NCBI GenBank assembly: GCA_023301465.1
Contig: JALZUQ010000001.1
Location: 105,225 to 169,224, forward strand
Source: Oligoflexales bacterium
GTDB lineage: Bacteria > Bdellovibrionota_B > Oligoflexia > Oligoflexales > JALZUQ01
Length of the DNA stretch: 64,000 nt
Direction of reading: 5' to 3'
Below the pieces are notes generated by a model. The model was not told the origin of the DNA. It did not search any database and saw nothing but the letters and a program-made list of their open reading frames with translations. This document shows positions 17,389 through 26,188 of this stretch, one piece after another. The translations under genes were made by a program, and so were the position numbers. Within the stretch, counting starts at the first letter, position 1. Each line of letters begins with the position of its first letter.

Positions 17389-18285
17389 GTGATGGACGAG
17401 GTTATATTGTCGCCAAATATTCAAAAGTACCGCCAAAACAAGTCTTTAGAGAAGCTGTCGCCTCTTCAGCTTTATATGAAAGAGGTTGCTAAGCACCCGC
17501 TTTTAAAGCCTGAAGAAGAGCTTGAACTTGCCAAGAAGCAACACGATAACCAAGATGTTATCGCAGCCCATAGGCTTGTAACTGCTAATTTAAGGCTGGT
17601 GGTAAAAATAGCAAACGACTTTAGGCGTGCTCAGATATCATTGTTGGATCTTATTCAAGAAGGCAACTATGGTTTGATGCAGGCTGTAAAAAGGTTCAAC
17701 CCTTATAAAGGGGTTCGACTAAGTTCATATGCCGCGTGGTGGATAAGGGCGTATATTTTAAAATATATTATGGATAATACCTCTCAGGTAAAAATCGCCA
17801 CAACTGCAGCACAACGAAAACTCTATTATAATCTTAGAAAAGAAACAGAAAAACTCTTAAGAGAGTATGATGTTGCTGATCCAAAGCAAATTGCAACGAA
17901 CCTAGACGTAAGAGAGAAAGACGTCATTGAAATGCAAAAACGTTTGTCGTCTGGGGATGTCTCTTTGGACGCTCCCATTGGAGAAGACGGTTCTCAGGCT
18001 ACTAGAAAAGACTTTATTATAGATCACGAGCCTCTTGCTGATGAAGTTGTAGAGAACAAACAAATTTTTACAGAGTTTAAAGAACACCTTGGAAGATTTA
18101 AAAAAACACTTAAGCCTAGAGATCTAGAGGTTTTAGAGCTTAGGGTGCTTTCAGAAAAACCTTTAACACTTCGAGAGCTAGGCGAAAAGTATGGCATATC
18201 TAGGGAAAGAGCCAGACAAATAGAAGCTACAATCATAAAAAAGTTAAAAGCCTATATTGAAGAGAATACATTTATTAAGAACTAA
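17389..18285 (+). CDS. rpoH: RNA polymerase sigma-32 (heat-shock sigma factor RpoH); start GTG 17389 or ATG 17392
   Basis: 298 aa sigma-70 family protein. Contains the RpoH box (QRKLYYNLRKE, compare QRKLFFNLR), region 2 (LIQEGNYGLMQAVKRF) and a region 4 HTH (ISRERARQIE). Confidence 0.85.
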   Translation: MMDEVILSPNIQKYRQNKSLEKLSPLQLYMKEVAKHPLLKPEEELELAKKQHDNQDVIAAHRLVTANLRLVVKIANDFRRAQISLLDLIQEGNYGLMQAVKRFNPYKGVRLSSYAAWWIRAYILKYIMDNTSQVKIATTAAQRKLYYNLRKETEKLLREYDVADPKQIATNLDVREKDVIEMQKRLSSGDVSLDAPIGEDGSQATRKDFIIDHEPLADEVVENKQIFTEFKEHLGRFKKTLKPRDLEVLELRVLSEKPLTLRELGEKYGISRERARQIEATIIKKLKAYIEENTFIKN

Positions 18286-18367
18286 CCGTCTAATTTAATT
18301 AAAAAAATTATGTTTGATGAAATGCATGGGCCTTATCTCCGAGAGAGTACTAGTAAAGGAGGTCATT

Positions 18368-18589
18368 ATGTTTCGTGGTGCAGTTTTTTTATCTTTAATG
18401 ATTGGTTTAGTCATAAGCATGTTTATGGAAAAAGCAGAAGTCGAAGGTACTCAGAGGACTTTAAATAGTATTAATAAGACATTAGATCCTAACGCAAAGA
18501 GTATAACGAGTCTTCAAGATGCTGAAAAACAAATAGAAAAATCCATGCAAAAGATTATGAACAAACGCTATGAGAACCTAGGTCATTAA
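18368..18589 (+). CDS. Small membrane-anchored/secreted hypothetical protein (start at ATG 18368, after an AAGGAGG RBS)
   Basis: 73 aa with an N-terminal hydrophobic helix followed by a charged region. Strong RBS. Confidence 0.45.
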   Translation: MFRGAVFLSLMIGLVISMFMEKAEVEGTQRTLNSINKTLDPNAKSITSLQDAEKQIEKSMQKIMNKRYENLGH

Positions 18590-18694
18590 TACAGGTTGTC
18601 TTGTCTGTGTTTTTAGTAACTAATATAGCTCATTAATCTCTTAAATTTATGCCTATAAGCTGTTAGAACAGTATTAGGGATTAATGAGGTTAAA

Positions 18695-19987
18695 ATGCGA
18701 TTATTAATATGTATGCCTTTATGGGGCTTGCTGCTTAGCACTCAGCTACTCGCCGACTCTCATCTTCTTAATTTAAAAAAGTTAATGCACTATGCAATCA
18801 CGCACTCTGAAGAAGTAGGTGGGGCATTAGTAGAACAAGAGATTGCTAGTCTAGAAAAAACAAATAGTTTTGCAGAGTTTCTTCCAAAATTAAACTTAGA
18901 GTCTTTTCATGGCTATGGTGGCGTTCCTACTACAGACGTTCAAGATGATTGGCAAAGTCGATTTGGGTTGACTCTATCAGAGACCCTTTATAATGACGGA
19001 AAAAATTATCTTGGTTATCAAAAAGCAAAACTTTCAAAAGAAAAAGCGTATATAAACGCTCAGCAGGCTAAAGCTGAAATTCTCTTGGAAGTTATAGAGG
19101 GGTATTTTGACCACGTATTGCTCAAAAAGAATTTAGAAATTTCAAAACGCAATGAAGAGATTTTACAAAAAAAATATAAAAGCACGAAATCAAATTATTA
19201 TGCCGGCATCAAAAGAAAACAGGATTATTTAAGGTTTTCTTCTGAGTACAAACAAGCAAGCCTGAAAGTTAAAAGGGTTATGCAGGGTATCAGATTGTCA
19301 AAAATCAAAATTAAAAACTTAATTGGAATGCCTGCAAATAAAATCTTAAGCATAGATACAAAGAGCCAAGAAGTGCTCGGAGGTTTTGTTACTAGAGAAA
19401 TAAAGCTCAATCCCGAAAGTTCATATCTTTTTAAAAGCCAAAAAATCAATGCAAAAATTGAAAATTTAGATGTGAAACTAAAGAAAAAGCCAGTTTTTCC
19501 TGAGATTACACTTGATGCTGGTGTGCAATATGGGGCGGAGGACTATCTTTTTACGGGCAATAAAATACACCGCAAAGACCGTTTAGAGTGGGTGGTGGGA
19601 TTAAAGTTAAACTATACTATTTGGGACACAGGCAAAACGTTTAGGAACTATAAGATAGCAAAAAAACAATTTGCTGTTGCCGAGCTAAAAAGAAAAAACA
19701 TCTATGCCGGCGTCATAGAACAGCAAGAGCAGCTTTTGTCACAATACCAGTTAGAGAAAGAAAGCTTGCAGTTGAGTCGCGAGATCTACATGTCGGAGAA
19801 GAAATCTTTTTCTGTGATTGAAAAAGGGTATCGTAATGGCAGGGTGTCTTTTTTGGATTTTTTACAGGCAATTACCGGGCTTTCAACGTCTGAGCTGAAT
19901 TACCAACAAAACATCTTTGATCTTAAAAAACTTTATGCAAAAGTATTATATGAGCAAGCTCGATTAGATGAAAACATTAAGCTTTGA
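18695..19987 (+). CDS. TolC-like outer membrane efflux protein (OEP family)
   Basis: 430 aa. Signal peptide, then two-fold repeat architecture with long heptad-like helical segments typical of outer membrane factors. Confidence 0.6.
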   Translation: MRLLICMPLWGLLLSTQLLADSHLLNLKKLMHYAITHSEEVGGALVEQEIASLEKTNSFAEFLPKLNLESFHGYGGVPTTDVQDDWQSRFGLTLSETLYNDGKNYLGYQKAKLSKEKAYINAQQAKAEILLEVIEGYFDHVLLKKNLEISKRNEEILQKKYKSTKSNYYAGIKRKQDYLRFSSEYKQASLKVKRVMQGIRLSKIKIKNLIGMPANKILSIDTKSQEVLGGFVTREIKLNPESSYLFKSQKINAKIENLDVKLKKKPVFPEITLDAGVQYGAEDYLFTGNKIHRKDRLEWVVGLKLNYTIWDTGKTFRNYKIAKKQFAVAELKRKNIYAGVIEQQEQLLSQYQLEKESLQLSREIYMSEKKSFSVIEKGYRNGRVSFLDFLQAITGLSTSELNYQQNIFDLKKLYAKVLYEQARLDENIKL

Positions 19988-19991
19988 GGTT

Positions 19992-20945
19992 ATGATGCGT
20001 ATAATAAAATTACTAACAATATTGTTCTTGGTTGGTTGTGTTCATGAGCTGCCAGAAGAAAATGAGTTGTACAGGTCGGGAGGGAAAACTTACAAACTAG
20101 AAGACCTGTCTAGCGAGCTTCAGTATGAAGCGTTTCAGATAGAAAAAAAACGCTATGAAGATCTCTTAGAGATTGTCAGCAAGCAAATTATAAATGATGA
20201 CCTTAAGTCTAATAAGGCTTTAAAACAAAAAATAGAAAATGCCGACAAGGATATTTCCGATCTTGAACTCAAAAACTATTATCAAAAAAATAAAGCAAAA
20301 ATACCTTATGAGTTTAATACTATAAAAAAACAGCTAGAGAAGATGTATGTACAAAGTAAAATTCAAAAACTAAAATCTAATAGATTAGAAGAACTTAGTA
20401 GCCAAAAAAACATCCAGCTTGCTATAAAACCGCCACTGTCACCTCTCTTTAAGATTAAAGAGGAAGGTTATCCAGTCAAGGGTGACGGTAGGTTAACAGT
20501 GGTAGAATATGCAGATTTTACTTGCCCGATTTGCCGTAGTGCATTCGGTGAGGTTGAGGGGTTTTACGCTAGAAATAAAGATAAAGTGAGGTTTGTTTAT
20601 AAGTACTTTCATCGCGATAACTCTTATCAAGGAAAACGCTTAGCCAAGCTTGGGTTTTGTGCTCATCAAAGTAATAAATTTTGGGAATATTCAAAACATG
20701 TGTATGAGAATCAAGGAAAATATTCTCAACTAACAACAGATGTTCTAGCGAAAAAAACAGGAATAAAAACAGAAGACTTAACAACTTGTTACCGTGATAA
20801 AAAAACCGAGGAGTTTGTTAAGAACTCAATGAAAGAAGCAAAAAAACTAAATGTTATTGCGACGCCTTCGTTTTATTTAAACGGCCGATTTATAACCTCC
20901 GGCGATAACTTAAGTTTGTTAGAGGGGTTGATTAAGAACTTATGA
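19992..20945 (+). CDS. DsbA-family thiol:disulfide oxidoreductase lipoprotein with charged N-terminal extension
   Basis: Lipobox LFLVGC after MMRIIKLLTI. Thioredoxin-fold CPIC active site (VVEYADFTCPICRSAF). Start placed 5 nt after the TolC-like stop; the ORF track start 19968 overlaps it. Confidence 0.7.
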   Translation: MMRIIKLLTILFLVGCVHELPEENELYRSGGKTYKLEDLSSELQYEAFQIEKKRYEDLLEIVSKQIINDDLKSNKALKQKIENADKDISDLELKNYYQKNKAKIPYEFNTIKKQLEKMYVQSKIQKLKSNRLEELSSQKNIQLAIKPPLSPLFKIKEEGYPVKGDGRLTVVEYADFTCPICRSAFGEVEGFYARNKDKVRFVYKYFHRDNSYQGKRLAKLGFCAHQSNKFWEYSKHVYENQGKYSQLTTDVLAKKTGIKTEDLTTCYRDKKTEEFVKNSMKEAKKLNVIATPSFYLNGRFITSGDNLSLLEGLIKNL

Positions 20946-21742
20946 TAATCTCTAACCACTCAATGTCAAAGTTAACAACAAGCTTGGGAGAAAATGGCCT
21001 CGCAAAATACTCTATTACCAACGTTGACTCTGAAGTCAGCGTTAATGACTGGGTGGGTCATGAGCTCACTCTAAAATTTAATGCACTCATTCACTGCTTA
21101 GGTTGCAACAAAAAAATCAAGAAATCATACGGTCAGGGCTATTGTTTTGGATGCCTTCAAAGCCTTGCCAGATGTGACATGTGCATTATGAAGCCTGAGA
21201 CTTGTCATTATCATAAAGGGACTTGCCGCGAACCTGAGTGGGGGTTAGCTCATTGCTTCAAAGAGCACGTGGTCTATCTTGCAAACACCTCTGGGTTAAA
21301 GGTTGGTGTAACACGCCGTGCAAATACCCCCCATAGATGGATTGATCAAGGTGCGACACAGGCTCTGCCGTGGCTCAAAACAAAAGACAGAAAATCAGCC
21401 GGCTTCATTGAAAAAACCATAAGTGCTCAGATGAACGATAAAACAAACTGGCGAAAAATGCTGTCAGGATCTGCAGAGGGCTTAGATCTTAAATCACTGG
21501 CTGAAGAAACAGAAGAACTTCTGCCGGATGGAGTGGATTTTGATTTCTGTGATGAAGACCTAATTGGGATTTCATATCCCGTAAAATCTTATCCCGAAAA
21601 AATAAAATCCATCGGTTTAGACAAGAATCCAGAAATTAAAAAAGTGTTAAAGGGCGTAAAGGGGCAATACCTTATTTTTGAAAACGAGGTTTTTAACTGG
21701 AGAAAACACCAAGGTTATATAGTGGATCTTTCAGTTGAATGA
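20942..21742 (+). CDS. DUF2797-like Cys-rich protein (putative zinc ribbons)
   Basis: 266 aa. HCLGCNKKIKKSYGQGYCFGCLQSLARCDMCIMKPETCHYHKGTCREPEWG followed by VVYLANTSGLKVGVTR matches my recollection of the DUF2797 family. ATGA overlap with the upstream gene. Confidence 0.5.
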   Translation: MIISNHSMSKLTTSLGENGLAKYSITNVDSEVSVNDWVGHELTLKFNALIHCLGCNKKIKKSYGQGYCFGCLQSLARCDMCIMKPETCHYHKGTCREPEWGLAHCFKEHVVYLANTSGLKVGVTRRANTPHRWIDQGATQALPWLKTKDRKSAGFIEKTISAQMNDKTNWRKMLSGSAEGLDLKSLAEETEELLPDGVDFDFCDEDLIGISYPVKSYPEKIKSIGLDKNPEIKKVLKGVKGQYLIFENEVFNWRKHQGYIVDLSVE

Positions 21743-22521
21743 ATCACGTTGTCTAAGGCCTTTAAGGTCTCAAAGCCTTGCAAGCCAACGGACATGCCGC
21801 TTAAATAAGACCTTTCAGAGGGTCTTTTTTTTATGAAATCTGTATACATGGAGTTTTGGTTTTTAGACACAGAGTCTATTAAAGCATCAAGTCTTTTAAA
21901 CATGACACTCTTAGGTTGTTGAAAATCAGGGTGCAGTTTCTTTGTGAGTTCAAACGCTTCTTTTGAAACCTTTAACAATGTCTTTGGTATTATTCTTACA
22001 AGTTCATTATGTTGGAGTTGATATGCACTACACAAAGTGTTCAAAATAACATTGAAAAAAAACTTTTCCCCAAGAAATCCACAGTTTTTTTCAGAACTAA
22101 AAACAGAGGGGAGAGTTATTAATAAATCGGCCAAGGAATCAAAAATCTTAATGACAGGGTTTTTGCTGATAATGTTATAAGTATCGTTTGATTGACTTAC
22201 TCCAAATAAAACAACTCCACGATGTATGTTTTTATATGGTTTTAATTGATGGTTTAGGTAGCCGTTGCTAAGCACGAGAATCTCTGGGTTTGTGTTGTTT
22301 TTGAGTATTTTATCAATACAACCGGTAACACTAAAAGCTTTGGTGCAGACGATGTGCAGGCTGTTTTTAGAAGTGTGCTTTTTAAGGGGATATAGTTTTC
22401 CATGGATGCTTATGTCTTGTAGTTTTGAGGTTTTACTGTGAAGATTACAGGGATAATTTTTCAAAAAATAAGCAACAGCATTTCCTACAGCACCGTTGCC
22501 GTAAATATCAAAGTTTTGCAT
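21715..22521 (-). CDS. Ketopantoate reductase (PanE/ApbA)-like NAD(P)-binding oxidoreductase
   Basis: 268 aa. N-terminal IYGNGAVGNAVAYFL Rossmann motif, then VCTKA...LVLSNGY spacing typical of the ApbA family. Confidence 0.4.
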   Translation of the reverse strand: MQNFDIYGNGAVGNAVAYFLKNYPCNLHSKTSKLQDISIHGKLYPLKKHTSKNSLHIVCTKAFSVTGCIDKILKNNTNPEILVLSNGYLNHQLKPYKNIHRGVVLFGVSQSNDTYNIISKNPVIKIFDSLADLLITLPSVFSSEKNCGFLGEKFFFNVILNTLCSAYQLQHNELVRIIPKTLLKVSKEAFELTKKLHPDFQQPKSVMFKRLDALIDSVSKNQNSMYTDFIKKRPSERSYLSGMSVGLQGFETLKALDNVIHSTERSTI

Positions 22522-23950
22522 GGCTTAGTATTTTTTCAATAATAGAAGTTGAAGAATAACCGTCCATAAATTGAAGGCTTTGTACTTTTCCGCCATTTTC
22601 GATGACGTGATCTGAGCCCACAATGTCTTTTGGTTTCCAGTCGCCACCTTTAACGAGAGTATTAGGTGTAATCGCTTTAATAGTATTTAGAGGAGTGTCT
22701 TCTTCAAACCAAGTCACAAAATCTACAAATGAAAGAGCGGCCATCATCTCTAGTCGATCTTTTAAGGGGTTTATAGGTCTTTGCAAGCCTTTGAGTCTTT
22801 TAATGGAGTCATCGGAGTTTAGTGCAACTACTAGGTGCTTTCCCAGAGACTTTGCTTCTTTTAGGTACTCAAGATGGCCACGGTGCAAAAGATCAAAACA
22901 TCCGTTAGTAAATACCACATCACTCAGTTTTGCAGTTCGTTTAGAGAGTTCGTCGGTAGAGTAGATTTTTTGTTTGTTGGAAAGAGACTCTGCTTTAAGG
23001 ATGTCGTCAGCAGTCACCGCGTAGGTCCCCCATTTACTAACAGATATAGCAGCAGCATGGTTGGCAAATTTAATTGCTTTTGTCAGGTCGTTTGTTGCAA
23101 GGTAAGCGATAGCCGCAGAAGCGACAACGGTATCGCCTGCACCAGAAACATCGTAAACCTCTTGTGCTTTAGACTTTTCTCGTATGTGGGGTGTGTTGTT
23201 TTTTTTGCTGAGAATCATTCCATCAGAGCCAAGGGTGACTAACAAGTTTTCTATGTTGAACTTGGAGTGAAGTACATCAGTGATGTTATCGAAACTCTTG
23301 GTGTTAGGGTCGTATTCAATATTAGCTGCTTCACAAGCTTCCTTTAGGTTTGGAGTAACCAAGTTTGCACCAGTGTACATTTCAAAGTTTTTGTCCTTGG
23401 GATCTACAATGACAAAAACGTTATTATCTTTTGCGTGTTTTAATATTTTCTTTAAAAACTCTGGAGTAAATAAGCCTTTTGCGTAGTCGCTAATAATCAA
23501 GCAGCTTGATTGAACGCTTTTGATGGTTTCAAAAAGTTCATCATAAACTTTTTTGGGAAACTTTATGGGTTGTTCGTGATCTAAACGAATGAGTTGTTGG
23601 TGCTTAGTGGTGATGCGTATTTTTGTTGGCGTCATAAAGCCATCAAATGAGCTAAGGTACTCAGTTGAAACCCCAATTTCTTTAAGATTGCCTCTGACTT
23701 TTTGAGCTGAAAAGTCCGTGCCAACACAGCCGATCAACACAGGTTCTCCTCCGAGTGTTTTGATATTTGCTGCGACATTTGCTGCCCCTCCAACACGTTG
23801 GTACTCAGACTCTACGGAGTGAACAGGGACTGGAGCTTCTGGTGAAATTCTCTTTACTTGCCCAACTAAATATTCATCTAAAATAATATCACCAAGCACA
23901 ATGATGCGTTTGTTCTTCATATCCTTGATTTTTTGTATGATGTTTTTCAA
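22508..23950 (-). CDS. hldE: Bifunctional D-beta-D-heptose 7-phosphate kinase / D-beta-D-heptose 1-phosphate adenylyltransferase HldE
   Basis: 480 aa. N-terminal PfkB-type sugar kinase (GAANVA, DVSGAGDT) fused to a C-terminal cytidylyltransferase domain (TNGCFDLLHRGHLEYL). Confidence 0.88.
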   Translation of the reverse strand: MKNIIQKIKDMKNKRIIVLGDIILDEYLVGQVKRISPEAPVPVHSVESEYQRVGGAANVAANIKTLGGEPVLIGCVGTDFSAQKVRGNLKEIGVSTEYLSSFDGFMTPTKIRITTKHQQLIRLDHEQPIKFPKKVYDELFETIKSVQSSCLIISDYAKGLFTPEFLKKILKHAKDNNVFVIVDPKDKNFEMYTGANLVTPNLKEACEAANIEYDPNTKSFDNITDVLHSKFNIENLLVTLGSDGMILSKKNNTPHIREKSKAQEVYDVSGAGDTVVASAAIAYLATNDLTKAIKFANHAAAISVSKWGTYAVTADDILKAESLSNKQKIYSTDELSKRTAKLSDVVFTNGCFDLLHRGHLEYLKEAKSLGKHLVVALNSDDSIKRLKGLQRPINPLKDRLEMMAALSFVDFVTWFEEDTPLNTIKAITPNTLVKGGDWKPKDIVGSDHVIENGGKVQSLQFMDGYSSTSIIEKILSHAKL

Positions 23951-24005
23951 ACTTTAAAAGTTCCTTTTTTATTTTTTAAAACAAACCGTCAAGCGGCTGT
24001 CGCTA

Positions 24006-24027
24006 TTTCGTCAATCTAATGACGAAA
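24006..24027. promoter_or_regulatory. Inverted repeat TTTCGTCA-N6-TGACGAAA, candidate upstream activator sequence
   Basis: Perfect 8-bp arms, centred about 85 bp upstream of the sigma-54 -24 element. This is the usual distance for EBP binding sites. Confidence 0.35.
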
Positions 24028-24096
24028 ATAAGTAGCAAACAAGGCAATTTTTTGGCGGTAAAAAAATTTAGAGTTAAAAATCACCTAGATAAAATT

Positions 24097-24112
24097 TGGC
24101 ACACTCCTTGCT
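24097..24112 (+). promoter_or_regulatory. Sigma-54 (RpoN) -24/-12 promoter TGGCAC-N5-TTGCT
   Basis: Exact match to the TGGCAC-N5-TTGCW consensus, on the + strand 145 nt upstream of the EBP-like gene start at 24257. Confidence 0.75.
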
Positions 24113-24256
24113 TAATTACAAGAACACAAGAAGTCCATCTTCAACTTTTTTGGTAACTGAACATCACTGGATTCCCCTGCGGTACGTGAGCTCTCTGGTC
24201 AATTTCTTCGAGCGTCAGTTTTTTGTTTTAACAACTTGTTTTTATAGAGGTTTCTC

Positions 24257-25330
24257 ATGAGTCAAAACTCCAGATCGAATGCAGCAGATGCTATCCATCC
24301 ATCCAGTAATAACTCTGGCAGTCAGCAGTATCTAGATTATGTAAAATCAAGAGACGGCAAAAACTTTCCTGTTCTGATAAATACTCAATCGGAAGTTCTT
24401 GCTCGTGCACTTCAAACAGCGAAACAAGTAGCCAGCGTAAAAGTGCCGGTAACAATTTACGGTGAAGACGCTGTTGGAAAAAATTTACTAGCACAGTACA
24501 TGCATCAATACTCTGAGAACAGAACTAGGCCTTTCATTAGTTTGTCTGCAGATCAATTAAATTCACTAAGGTTAGTAGACGCAAGAATCACAGGAAGTAT
24601 TTGGCATCAAAACGAAGAAATTTACAGGCTCATCAAACAACTTTTTGATGCAGGTGGTGGTACGCTTCTCATCTCTGAGGTTGGAAAAATTGATAAACAT
24701 ATCCAGCAAGTGTTTGAGCAGTTTTTTGACGATAACTCTGAAACCACAATTCTGCCAAGACATACTAGAATTATTTCAACTTCAGCAACAAACTTAGCCG
24801 AGCTTGTGGCTAAGGGAATGTTTGAGAAGTCTTTGTTTTATAGATTAAATGTTATTAAAGTAAAAATCCCAGCTCTAAGAGAACGATTAGAAGACGTACC
24901 TTTCTTGACGGACTATTTTGCAAACCTTGCAACAGGTGGCAACCACCAAGTTAGATTTTCTGATGAAGCGATGAAACGTATTATGAACTACAGTTGGCCT
25001 GGCAACCTAAAGCAATTTTCTGAGGTGATTCAAAAAACGATTACCCAGTGGCAAGACGCAAAAGTAATTGAGCCAGAAATGATTCGTCTACCAGTTGAAG
25101 AAAGAAGAGGGTGGATCAAGAGTTTACCGATTGGTCTTAAGTTGAGAGATGTTGAGACGCATTTTATTATTGAAACTCTCAAGTACCATAAAGGCAACCG
25201 TACACACAGTGCAAAGACTCTTGGGATTAGCTTGAGAACGCTAAGAAATAAAATAAATGAATTTCAGGCGATGGGAATGAAAGTTCCGGCACCTGAAAAC
25301 TATAAGCCTAAGACAACTGTAAATTCTTAA
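24257..25330 (+). CDS. Sigma-54 enhancer-binding-protein homologue (AAA+ plus Fis-type HTH) with no N-terminal sensory domain and divergent ATPase/GAFTGA motifs
   Basis: 357 aa. Conserved EBP blocks: RIISTSATNLAELVAKGMFEKSLFYRLNVIKVKIPALRERLEDVPFL, YSWPGNLKQF, and the C-terminal HTH SAKTLGISLRTLRNKI. Divergent positions: Walker A is GEDAVGKN, Walker B is TLLISEV, and the GAFTGA position reads ARITGS. Confidence 0.75.
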   Translation: MSQNSRSNAADAIHPSSNNSGSQQYLDYVKSRDGKNFPVLINTQSEVLARALQTAKQVASVKVPVTIYGEDAVGKNLLAQYMHQYSENRTRPFISLSADQLNSLRLVDARITGSIWHQNEEIYRLIKQLFDAGGGTLLISEVGKIDKHIQQVFEQFFDDNSETTILPRHTRIISTSATNLAELVAKGMFEKSLFYRLNVIKVKIPALRERLEDVPFLTDYFANLATGGNHQVRFSDEAMKRIMNYSWPGNLKQFSEVIQKTITQWQDAKVIEPEMIRLPVEERRGWIKSLPIGLKLRDVETHFIIETLKYHKGNRTHSAKTLGISLRTLRNKINEFQAMGMKVPAPENYKPKTTVNS

Positions 25331-25362
25331 ATTTGTAAAATAGCGGGTTTTTGACCGGAGGC

Positions 25363-26151
25363 TTAAGCTTCCGAGTCAAAGTATCCCATAACATGGTAAC
25401 CAGCATCTACGTGCAAGGTTTCACCAGTGATAGAACTAGAAAGATCACTCAACAAAAAACTAGCTACCTGACCGACATCGTCTTGTGTCACCCCGCGTCG
25501 AAGCGGTGCATTTTGTTCATATTGATCGATCATCTTACTGAAGTCAGAAATTGCAGATGCGGATAAGGATTTAATAGGGCCGGCACTGATGCAGTTAGCT
25601 CGGATTTTTTTTGGTCCAAGGTCGTGGGAGAGATAACGTGTTGTCATCTCAAGGGCTGACTTACAGATTCCCATCATATTATACCCGGGCACTACTTTCT
25701 CTCCTCCGTAATAAGAAAGACTGATGGTGCTTCCACCGTTAGGCATGTATTTTTGTGCTTCGTTACAAACAGCTATATAACTGTAACAGCTAATATCCAT
25801 CGCTTGAGCAAACCCAGCTCTACTACACTCAACCGTAGGGCACTTAATATCTTTGGTGTCTCCAAACGCGATCGAATGAACAACAAAATCTATGTCGCCT
25901 AGGTCATTTGCAGCTTGCTTAAAAAAAGTTTGAATAGACTCGTCTGATGTAACATCACATGGGTGAATACCCTTGGGCGATAAACCATCAACAGCTCTGC
26001 TTACTCGTTTAAGCATTTTTCCGGTTGTGTCAGGAAGGTGTGAATAGACAATTTCCGCACCTTGTTCGGCAGCGGCTTTGGCAATACCTGTCGCAATTGA
26101 AAACTGATTGGCAACACCCATGATGACGCCTTTTTTATTTTTTAAGATCAT
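25363..26151 (-). CDS. fabI: Enoyl-[acyl-carrier-protein] reductase (NADH) FabI (start at ATG 26151, after GGAG; ORF extends to 26166)
   Basis: GVIMGVANQFSIATGIAKA N-terminus and the SYYGGEKVVPGYNMMGICKSALE (Y-x6-K) catalytic region typical of FabI. Confidence 0.9.
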   Translation of the reverse strand: MILKNKKGVIMGVANQFSIATGIAKAAAEQGAEIVYSHLPDTTGKMLKRVSRAVDGLSPKGIHPCDVTSDESIQTFFKQAANDLGDIDFVVHSIAFGDTKDIKCPTVECSRAGFAQAMDISCYSYIAVCNEAQKYMPNGGSTISLSYYGGEKVVPGYNMMGICKSALEMTTRYLSHDLGPKKIRANCISAGPIKSLSASAISDFSKMIDQYEQNAPLRRGVTQDDVGQVASFLLSDLSSSITGETLHVDAGYHVMGYFDSEA

Positions 26152-26188
26152 GAACACTAACTCCACATACTTGCTTTTTTAAAAACGG

